From Cyanophora paradoxa CCMP329 (lineage: Eukaryota; Plantae; Glaucophyta), in NCBI GenBank assembly GCA_004431415.1, contig QPMI01000594.1, forward strand, positions 9,356 through 73,355: a stretch of DNA of 64,000 nt, read 5' to 3'. Positions 49,944 through 57,741 of this stretch are shown here, in pieces. Positions within the stretch are counted from its first letter, which is position 1; the number at the start of each line of letters is the position of its first letter. The notes below the pieces were generated by a model. That model was not told where the DNA came from. It worked only from the letters and a program-made list of their open reading frames with translations, and ran no database searches. The position numbers and the translations under genes are program-made.

Positions 49944-50846
49944 ATGTACCAGATTACTGCGCCACCGGGTGTCTGGCAAATTGACGTATTATTTATTGGG
50001 AGATTTCGCTTGTTTGCAGGAGTCGAGATTGCAACCCGCTTTGCTGTCGTGCGCAAGCTCGAGACCTTTAAGCAGCTTCCAAAAATGATTGCACAGCTGC
50101 CTGGAATCTGGGGTTTTTCTGGAGACAACGGTTTTAACACAGCAGCGATTCGGGCAATGGCTGCAGAGAACTCGTTAAAAATGCACACTGATGTGGCTAA
50201 GGATGATCACATTTCAAAAGGAAACAAGCTGGGAATTATTGACAGGTTTGCGCGGACATTGCGAGCGTTGATCCAGGCAGACACCGAAGCACGTGGCTCA
50301 CCGCATTTTCTGTCACGTTTGCCGGCAATTATTAAGGCGTACAATGAAACAGCCCACAGCTCTTTCGGCGGAGAGCACTCCCCAACATGGATGCGGGAAA
50401 ACTCGCAGGTTGCCGAGCAGTTGCATCAAGTGCGACAGCGACAGAACGATATCGAACGAGAGAATGCTAACTTGCCTAGACCAGGAACCGAAGTGCAAGT
50501 CCTGGAGCCGAAGCCAAGCGTGTTTGCAAAGGGTGTGGCGAAACCAAGCAAAGAGACGTATGTTGTTGCTGGCGCTGATAGAAATCGCATAAGGCTTATC
50601 ACTAAACAAGGCGTGGAGATTTCTAGACGCGTTAAACCATCGGAAATACGTCAGCCGCGTGAGCGTGCGCCTCAAACACGAATCGAAAAAGAAGAAGCGC
50701 AAATGCGACAGCAGAGGCAATTGAGGCGTGAGGGATTGATCGAAATGAAAAAATACAGCGGCCAGAGCCGGCAGTATCGAGAGCTCAAGAAGCTCGAAGT
50801 GGATGCTGAGCCTAAGCTGCGAGCGGGCGCTAAGCCACTTCTTTAG
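49944..50846 (+). CDS. Retroviral-like (rve) integrase
   Basis: WQID, FSGDNG, GIIDRFARTLR, YNETAHSSFG..SP: a Polinton-type integrase core followed by an SH3-like segment. Confidence 0.88.
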   Translation: MYQITAPPGVWQIDVLFIGRFRLFAGVEIATRFAVVRKLETFKQLPKMIAQLPGIWGFSGDNGFNTAAIRAMAAENSLKMHTDVAKDDHISKGNKLGIIDRFARTLRALIQADTEARGSPHFLSRLPAIIKAYNETAHSSFGGEHSPTWMRENSQVAEQLHQVRQRQNDIERENANLPRPGTEVQVLEPKPSVFAKGVAKPSKETYVVAGADRNRIRLITKQGVEISRRVKPSEIRQPRERAPQTRIEKEEAQMRQQRQLRREGLIEMKKYSGQSRQYRELKKLEVDAEPKLRAGAKPLL

Positions 50847-51138
50847 CAAGGCATCTGCGTGCAATGTATGCTTTATGATATTCCCGGATCCGATCAGGAT
50901 TCTCAACCCGATACTTCGCTGTAATAGCAAGCTGTTTCAAACGGTATGTTTCATTTGTATGACGAAGCTTTCGATTACGCTCGGCATTTTTCCTTCTGCG
51001 TTCTGCTAGAATATCTGGGGTAATCTCGATCGGTTTTGGTCCCTTCTTCTTCGGTTCATATGGCTCCATTGTCAACAGTCTCACTTTGGGCGGACGCCCA
51101 CGACCACGCTTTACAGCAGTACAATCTGCAGAACTCAT
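50830..51138 (-). CDS. Small basic AT-hook protein
   Basis: KRGRGRPPK motif plus a basic helical tail; first ATG at 51138. Confidence 0.65.
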   Translation of the reverse strand: MSSADCTAVKRGRGRPPKVRLLTMEPYEPKKKGPKPIEITPDILAERRRKNAERNRKLRHTNETYRLKQLAITAKYRVENPDRIREYHKAYIARRCLAKEVA

Positions 51139-51214
51139 TATTCGCTTATCTCTCAATAATAAGAGGCATAAATCCTTTAAGACAAATTAGCGCGACTTTT
51201 GGACCTTAAAGATA

Positions 51215-51778
51215 ATGCAATCTGTAGATGTAACGAAAAAGAAGATGGAGGTCGTCATTTCTGATGTACCAGAGGGTGCTGCGTTGATTCCGTTAATGGG
51301 CATTCGCAATCGACGCAAAGTCATCGTCGCCTACGCTCTTGTGTCACAGGATGATGCTGAGCGTGTGCTCGGGTTCCGCTGGAGTTTGAAAAAGGGATAT
51401 GTCAGAGCCAAGATCAATGGAAAAACCGTGTATTTGCATAATTTCATTGTTGGGAGACTTGAGAATGGGTTGACCGTTGATCATATTAATAATAACAAAC
51501 TTGATAATAGACGCAAAAATTTGCGGCTTGCAACAGCTCGTCAGCAGAATCTTAACCGTGGTCAGCTGCGAAACAACACATCGGGTTTCATTGGTGTTTA
51601 CTTCGATCAGCGAGATGGTAAATGGAAGGCAGAATATCATCTAAATGGCCGCAAAAAGACCATCGGTCGGTTTCAAACAGCAGAGGCTGCAGCTCATGCA
51701 CGCGATGCATATGCCTTAGAACACACCAGCGAAGAGGACAAGCCATTCTTGCGGCTGAACTTCCCAGTTACCGTTTAA
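51215..51778 (+). CDS. HNH endonuclease with C-terminal AP2 DNA-binding domain
   Basis: VDHINNNKLDNRRKNLR (HNH); TSGFIGVYFD..KWKAEY..IGRFQTAEAAAHARD (AP2). Confidence 0.92.
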   Translation: MQSVDVTKKKMEVVISDVPEGAALIPLMGIRNRRKVIVAYALVSQDDAERVLGFRWSLKKGYVRAKINGKTVYLHNFIVGRLENGLTVDHINNNKLDNRRKNLRLATARQQNLNRGQLRNNTSGFIGVYFDQRDGKWKAEYHLNGRKKTIGRFQTAEAAAHARDAYALEHTSEEDKPFLRLNFPVTV

Positions 51779-51811
51779 ATGAACGTCTTAAATGGCGTCA
51801 TTATTTTTTAA

Positions 51812-52195
51812 ATGGAACTCGAATTCGAAACGTTAGAGGAAGAGTTGGATCTTCAAAATCCATGGCCTGGTAGGACTCAACTCTCACCAAGTCACTGCAT
51901 CAGCTTCGGCATTTTCAAGGGCGCAAGCTATCTGTGGATCGCATCAGCACGTCCAGAATATACCGCTTGGTTGCTCAGACAGTCTTGGCTACCGGCTTTT
52001 GATCGCGCTGCTTTTTTACGCGCACAAAGCGCAATAGAGCCGAAGTCGTTCCAGAAGCTTTGTCAACAGAATAGACGCGGTCCGCGGTCGCGGCTTCATA
52101 AACAAGGACCTGAAACGAATGATTCAATTCAACGAAAAGACGCATTAGATCTGCTCGAGTCGCTCCGCCATTGTATTCGTCAAAAACGCAGTTGA
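51812..52195 (+). CDS. Small protein with FGxxKG...PxYxxWL motif (DUF3820-like)
   Basis: ISFGIFKGASYLWIASARPEYTAWLL; ATG in an AT-rich context; 3' part overlaps the ATPase on the opposite strand. Confidence 0.55.
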   Translation: MELEFETLEEELDLQNPWPGRTQLSPSHCISFGIFKGASYLWIASARPEYTAWLLRQSWLPAFDRAAFLRAQSAIEPKSFQKLCQQNRRGPRSRLHKQGPETNDSIQRKDALDLLESLRHCIRQKRS

Positions 52196-52679
52196 ACTCT
52201 TTGACATTCGAGAGGATCGACGAAAAGCATACATATTCGCAATTACGCCGAATCGTAGGACTGATTCCACAAAGACGTTGAGTGGTTATAAAAAGGCTGA
52301 TGTTATAATGACGCCCACTAGTAAAAAGCTTTTGCATTAATCGGTCGCTGTGGACGTTCACAAGGTCATTATCGAGCAAATCATCTAGAACGATTGCAAT
52401 CTTGCGCTCATCTTTCTTGCGTCGTCTTTCTTTTTGTCGCTCTAGAAGACGCTCAACCAAAACTGAATCCCATTCTTCCTGGATATTGCTTGAGTGAGTC
52501 GTGTCGTTCCACTGTTCTGTAAATGCTGTTGTGCTGAAGACGTAAATATCGTCTAGCTGCGGAGCTACTGCATTTAATACATGTTTAACGTAGGTGCTTT
52601 TGCCCGAGTTGGTGGGGCCGACAAACAAGAACCGTTTAGGCAGTTTTATTTCTGTAGGATCAAACAGTTTGATATCCAT
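51975..52679 (-). CDS. A32-like genome packaging ATPase (element 1)
   Basis: Walker A GPTNSGKS, Walker B IVLDD, GRHYNISLFITTQ, IRRNCEY. Confidence 0.93.
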   Translation of the reverse strand: MDIKLFDPTEIKLPKRFLFVGPTNSGKSTYVKHVLNAVAPQLDDIYVFSTTAFTEQWNDTTHSSNIQEEWDSVLVERLLERQKERRRKKDERKIAIVLDDLLDNDLVNVHSDRLMQKLFTSGRHYNISLFITTQRLCGISPTIRRNCEYVCFSSILSNVKEFNCVFDEYNGGATRADLMRLFVELNHSFQVLVYEAATADRVYSVDKASGTTSALLRFVRVKKQRDQKPVAKTV

Positions 52680-53870
52680 CTAGAAGTTACTTACCTTTAG
52701 AGTTGACATTTGATACGAGTTAATTACGAGAACATTGTGGCGCAGGACGTGGAAGTCGACAACTGCTGGCGCTGCGTTTGTGCAGCCGGTTACAGTTAGC
52801 GAGCAGTAGCTGCTGCTGGAATTAAAGAAGTCTGTGTAGCCGAGGACAGCGTTATGCAGTGAGTCTTTGCCAGATTTCGAAAGCACAATCCCATAGACAT
52901 TTCCGTCCTCGAAGCCAAGGGCTGAATTACCAGTGGTTGCACCGCGGTATTGAGTTGGAATGTGATAGCACGATGATACAAACCCAGAGATTGGCTTATT
53001 GCTGATGTCGAGAGTTCGGTTGTTGTGCATGATCTCAAACGAATCGATTTTCAGCGCATTTCCGTTGCCAGCAAATGAATTGTGATTGCGAGTGCCCAGG
53101 TGATTCGCATTACGCACTGTCATCAGGATCGCGTGCACAAGGCCGCTGACGTTGGCAAGGGAGATTTCGACTGCATTCCCCGCGTCGTCAGTCTTTAACT
53201 GCCTCGAGCGCTTTGAAATAATCTCGGTGAAAGGAATTCGAATACCACCGCTCTCGTTTGCAGATTTAAGCATAGACTCAGCCTCTTCGCTAGGGATATT
53301 CACGAACTGGCAAACCAGGGCACAATCCGTTAGAGTTGCAACAGCACTAGCGACAGTTCCAACCACGCCAGCCGAACGGAAGTCAATTTCGACGGTTGGC
53401 ATGTCAGCCAGTGCGAGCAGCGGGAAGTACGAATTGTCCCAGAGCTGGGAGGGGATCTTTAGTACGTACTCGCGACTCGCATCGAGAATCTCAAGAGCCG
53501 CGTCCTTTCCAAAGCCGTAGCTGCTAGCAAAAGCCTGGGCGGATGCAACGCTATTATCGATGAGCGCGTTCACAGTAAGCCAGTCTCCGGGGATCACCAT
53601 CTTGAAGGATCCATGGACAAAGCGCACGTTTTCAATAAATGCACCTGCGCCATTCGGCAGCACTGAGGCAGCCGCTCCGCCAGCGACGCTGACCTTAAAG
53701 TATAGCGAGACACCGTTTAGAAGCTGCTTGCGCGGAAGGTCGAAAGCGGCAGTCTGCGCAAAGCCGTACGAGTTGCCTCGCGGACGGATCGTTTCAAGGA
53801 AAGGCTTGAACTTGGGGCTGACACCGACAGTGAACACATATTGAAAAACGAATTTAAATCCCTCGTTCAT
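52680..53870 (-). CDS. Double jelly-roll major capsid protein (element 1); N-terminus overlaps a hairpin
   Basis: About 400-aa beta-rich protein next to the ATPase. It aligns by eye with the 57742 protein (FDLPR/FKLPR, IPGDWL/VPSDFL, YFPLLAL/YLPLGAL, ISLANVSGLV/INLSQISGLV, GYTDFFNSSSS/GYVDLTNSSSS). Confidence 0.8.
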   Translation of the reverse strand: MNEGFKFVFQYVFTVGVSPKFKPFLETIRPRGNSYGFAQTAAFDLPRKQLLNGVSLYFKVSVAGGAAASVLPNGAGAFIENVRFVHGSFKMVIPGDWLTVNALIDNSVASAQAFASSYGFGKDAALEILDASREYVLKIPSQLWDNSYFPLLALADMPTVEIDFRSAGVVGTVASAVATLTDCALVCQFVNIPSEEAESMLKSANESGGIRIPFTEIISKRSRQLKTDDAGNAVEISLANVSGLVHAILMTVRNANHLGTRNHNSFAGNGNALKIDSFEIMHNNRTLDISNKPISGFVSSCYHIPTQYRGATTGNSALGFEDGNVYGIVLSKSGKDSLHNAVLGYTDFFNSSSSYCSLTVTGCTNAAPAVVDFHVLRHNVLVINSYQMSTLKVSNF

Positions 53871-53929
53871 CTCGATCGCTTCGCGATCTCGATTCACTCT
53901 GGATTTAAATTCGTTTTTCAATATGTGTT
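53833..53929. repeat. Perfect 29-bp inverted repeat with 39-nt loop
   Basis: AACACATATTGAAAAACGAATTTAAATCC (53833-53861) and its exact reverse complement (53901-53929). Confidence 0.95.
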
Positions 53930-54250
53930 AATTTAACTACTAAAATACATATTTATCGATTAATTTCTTTAACTTTTTATGCAAACTTTGTATAAATTAA
54001 TGCAAACTTTGTATTAAAAATGATAAACGCGTTTAATTTAATGCATATTCACGATTGATTCGATCGATATTATATCGATATATTATGTTCTTTGTCGATT
54101 ACATATATAACTTCGATTGATTAACATTAAACTACTTAAAGAACGATATAATCGCGATTAATTCGCATAAATTCGCATAAATTCGCATAAACTCGATATA
54201 TCTCTCTGGTATTGAAGTAGACCACCGCCCATTCTGTATCGAAAAACGCA

Positions 54251-54716
54251 AAAAGTGTCACAGAGTTGCATCATGTCCAATTAAACAATCGATGGAATTG
54301 CGGATTTACATTTTTGCACCGAAAAAGTGTCACAGAGTTGCATTATGTCCAATTAAACAATCGATCAGATTGCGGGATTTTCTATTGGAATATATCGGAA
54401 CTGCATCACGTCCAATTAAACAATCGATGGAATTGCGGATTTACATTTTTGCACCGAAAAAGTGTCACAGAGTTGCATCATGTCCAATTAAACAATCGAT
54501 GGAATTGCGGATTTACATTTTTGCACCGAAAAAGTGTCACAGAGTTGCATTATGTCCAATTAAACAATCGATCAGATTGCGGGATTTTCTATTGGAATAT
54601 ATCGGAACTGCATCACGTCCAATTAAACAATCGATGGAATTGCGGATTTACATTTTTGCACCGAAAAAGTGTCACAGAGTTGCATGGTCTCCAATTGAAC
54701 AATCGATTAGATTGCA
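54251..54716. repeat. Higher-order tandem array (72-63-72)x2 plus a degenerate seventh core
   Basis: Core TGCAT(C/T)A(T/C)GTCCAATTAAACAATCGAT at 54267, 54339, 54402, 54474, 54546, 54609 and 54681. Confidence 0.95.
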
Positions 54717-54828
54717 TATGTTCTATAAAACAGAATAATTGAGATCAAGTGTGACAGGTAGTATTCAAATGATATTCAGTAAGAGATAGTTTTGTTTTTG
54801 AGAAAGTCAGTAAGAGGGGTGGAATGTC

Positions 54829-55264
54829 TGTGACGCCTGTGACGGCTGTGACGCCTGTTTTCAGAAGTCTGTCATTTTTGAAAATTTTAAAAAGTTTGAA
54901 AGTAGGTGTCACAGGCGTCACAGGCGTCACACTCAATTAAATTAGGTGTCACAGCGAAATTGCAGACCATTTCCAGTAAGACAACTTCGCATTTTCGGAA
55001 AGGTGGATTAATGGATAGTGTTTTGTAGGTGTCAGAGGTGTCACAAGACGGATTTCAGTAAGACAAGAATATATTTTTGAATATCTCAGTAAGAGAAAGA
55101 GATTCCATTTTTAATTGGGTGTGACGCCTGTGACGGCTGTGACGGCTGTTTTAAGAAGTCTGTCATTTTTGAAAATTTTAAAAAGTTTGAAAGTAGGCGT
55201 CACAGGCGTCACAGGCGTCACAGTCAATTAAAGAGGCGTCACAGTCAATTAAATAGGTGTCACA
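54829..55264. promoter_or_regulatory. Putative replication origin: duplicated inverted 9-bp iteron clusters flanking an AT-rich core
   Basis: (TGTGACGSC)x3, an AT tract TTTTTGAAAATTTTAAAAAGTTTGAAA, then (GGYGTCACA)x3; present at 54829 and again at 55120 (period 291). The function is inferred. Confidence 0.6.
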
Positions 55265-55421
55265 CCCGATTATCTGACCATTTTCAGTAAGACCATCTGA
55301 AATTCTGAATTTCTCAGTGTCAACTAACTCGGAAATCGCAATACTCTATGTTTCTCCGATTTCTCCAACCCTGAAAACACACCTGTTATTCTCTCATCTA
55401 TCTCATGAGATACTCTCGTTT

Positions 55422-55441
55422 CGCCAAAAATTGACAAACGA
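55422..55441 (+). promoter_or_regulatory. Putative early promoter motif CGCCAAAAATTGACAAACGA (near copies at about 61093 and 61534)
   Basis: 18/20 identical to CGCCAAAAAATGACAAGCGA at 61534-61553; contains AAAATTGA. Confidence 0.5.
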
Positions 55442-55466
55442 TTTCCCATCATGCTGTAAAGGAAAC

Positions 55467-55733
55467 ATGCCGATTAACCAGCAATATCACAATTTCCATG
55501 GGACTTACATCTTGATTGTGAAAAGAATACAAGATCATTATGAGATCTTTCAAGAGATGGGATTGCGAATTACAAGGAGATCAACTCTTTGTAGATTCTT
55601 GAAAAAGAATGGTGCTAAATGGGATAAGACAATTCGCCGATGGTATACAGAAGATCGAAAGAGTCCCATTCTTAATATTTTCGAGACAGATGGGGAGTTC
55701 TTCTATCAGGATCGGTTTAATCATTACCAATAG
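55467..55733 (+). CDS. Small protein with DUF5710-like motif
   Basis: LKKNGAKWDKTIRRWY; first in-frame ATG at 55467, downstream of AAAATTGA. Confidence 0.6.
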   Translation: MPINQQYHNFHGTYILIVKRIQDHYEIFQEMGLRITRRSTLCRFLKKNGAKWDKTIRRWYTEDRKSPILNIFETDGEFFYQDRFNHYQ

Positions 55734-56649
55734 CCAAGAACTCTAACTGGAATGAGTTGTCAATTCCATTCATATCTACAAGATCACCATAATAATCGCG
55801 AAACTCAACTGTTAACTCTCTAATCACAAGGTTTCGATCGGTTATTTTTATGTATTCACTGTGCTCTCCACTGTGATAAACATACTGTCCAATATCTTTA
55901 CTTAATTGCAATCTGAGAATCGCTCCTTGATTCTGTGGTTGAGATTGTGGGACAATATTGTGGTTTGTAGCAAATGGGGAGAGTTCTTTAATGTGCATGT
56001 ATAAATACTGTTCTGCATTCATATCTGTCATCTTGGAAGCTTCTAACTTGTAGTTTAAGCGAGATGCCTCGAATTCATATCCTGTGAATGTGATTCCCCA
56101 TTGGGGATGGTTTGGGGTGATTGGTATTCCTGCGAAATAAAGGAAATTCTCGGGGGCATATAAAGACCTTGCAGACTCTGGGAAATCGTAAATCTGTTCA
56201 GTGGAAGCCACCCACTCCACTGAACTCACACCAAGAAGTTTACCCAATCTCTGTGTAGATGCAACCATATCGAATTGAACATTACTGTAAAACTCCAATT
56301 TGTAGGAGGTAGGGTTGTAGTAGACCTTGAATGCATATGTGAGATTGTTGCTCCCAGTAAATGTGAAATTCAGACCATAATTATATGGAGTGGTGACCCC
56401 GAAATGACCTTGATTTATGTAACCACTTGGGAGAAGGAAGACCTGCTTGGTTTCAGAGATGCCTTGGTAGTAGAATCTGACAAGAAGGTGGTCTGTTCCA
56501 ATGGAGTTATAGATGCTGTTGGGGATCTCTGCATACAAAACTCGACATTCTCTTGGTTTGGTCACTGGGGTTGTGAGTGAAACTTTGTAGGAGTTTTCTA
56601 TTTGTCCATCTGATCGGTCTCTGCTATCTATATTGACCAGCCGAATCAT
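55717..56649 (-). CDS. Minor capsid (penton-like) protein A
   Basis: N-terminal IDSRDR...AEIPNS; C-terminal YLYMHIKEL...LTVEFRDYYGDLVDMNGIDNSFQLEF, typical of PLV/NCLDV single jelly-roll pentons. Confidence 0.8.
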   Translation of the reverse strand: MIRLVNIDSRDRSDGQIENSYKVSLTTPVTKPRECRVLYAEIPNSIYNSIGTDHLLVRFYYQGISETKQVFLLPSGYINQGHFGVTTPYNYGLNFTFTGSNNLTYAFKVYYNPTSYKLEFYSNVQFDMVASTQRLGKLLGVSSVEWVASTEQIYDFPESARSLYAPENFLYFAGIPITPNHPQWGITFTGYEFEASRLNYKLEASKMTDMNAEQYLYMHIKELSPFATNHNIVPQSQPQNQGAILRLQLSKDIGQYVYHSGEHSEYIKITDRNLVIRELTVEFRDYYGDLVDMNGIDNSFQLEFLAIGND

Positions 56650-56677
56650 TTTAATATATGTTTATAGATAAAAGAAG

Positions 56678-57687
56678 ATGCCTGTGGATTACATTGAAGT
56701 GAGCTCTTTCAATACAATTTCGGGAGATGGACCTACTTCGAGTTTTATTGCTCGCCTCCCAGCACATATGAATTTGTAAGAGCAGTAAGACTGGTCTCAG
56801 CAGAATTCTATAACAGCATCCCCATGGTGAGTGGTGAAACCAAAGTAGGAGATGTGACAATAGATAATGCATTCTACCTTTATTGGTCTGAATATCTTTC
56901 TGGTGCAGGAAGCACTGGTATTCCAACTGATCGACCTGCTGCTGATTATGAATCATGGAAACACATTGTGATAAGTCGCAGCACACCCATTCAAAACCAC
57001 CAACAACTGGTGAATGTAATTAACTCCAAACTTGCATTGAGAGAACCAGCAGTAGCTATTCGTTGCAAATGGGATGATACACTGAAACGAGTTATATTCC
57101 ATTCAACCATACCGTTTTACCTGGCTTTCTCAACCGCAATTAACCCAACCCAGGCACAGATTCAGAGGTTTTTGAGTTCTGCTCGACTGCTTGGTCTTGA
57201 TCCTGGGAGATATGGTAACACACCAATCCAATCACAGGTGTACAATACTCTTACTGATGGTATCTTCACTGGGTCGATGGTGCATGGTATTATATCTTCA
57301 TTTGAACCCGAGAAGACCAGGGATAGTGTCCTATTTGTGAGAGTAAAGGAGCTGGGTGATCTTGTGCAATGTGGTGATGGTCTCCTCACTGGATATTTCC
57401 ACAAAATCGTGGTTCCTGATAAAGATTATGGTGAGCATGTCGTTTATAATTCGACAGAAGCCCATCCGATTTATAAATACTATAACAAGAATCTGGGACT
57501 TTCCACATTTTCGGTTGACATTGTGAATGCAGTTAATGAACCAATTGATTTCGAGGGTCAACCTGTGCACCTCACCTTCGAAATTCGATATGGTGATGAA
57601 CCTGCTGGTGATCCTGTGTACGAATACTTCAAGAGGAGAATGGCGGAAACCCATCCATCTTATCCTGTAATTGCGAATTTTGCGTAA
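56678..57687 (+). CDS. Minor capsid (penton-like) protein B; frameshift near 56760
   Basis: ATG 56678 MPVDYIEVSS..RLP joins STYEFVRAVRLVSAEFYNSIP in the frame of ORF 56824; C-terminal LFVRVKEL...FSVDIVN..EPIDFEGQPVHLTFEI parallels protein A. Confidence 0.72.
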
Positions 57688-57741
57688 AATCAAGGATCAT
57701 TGGTGAATTTTTTATGTTGCAGTATAATAAAAGAGATAATC

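Larger units (their letters stand above)
45500..53870. mobile_element. Endogenous Polinton-like virus element 1 (pPolB, rve integrase, ATPase, MCP); boundaries approximate
   Basis: Abrupt loss of introns and a drop in GC near 45.5 kb; densely packed intronless ORFs with Polinton/PLV hallmark genes. No TIR pair or TSD was identified. Confidence 0.85.

Noticed and set aside
54251-54716. CRISPR-like repeat-spacer pattern
   Set aside because: The spacers are only two recurring sequences, there are no cas genes, and the context is eukaryotic viral; it is a higher-order tandem repeat.
54266-54936. Repetitive ORFs (158, 148 and 63 aa; VTPVTP)
   Set aside because: They are open because repeat units are multiples of 9 nt; most plausibly non-coding.
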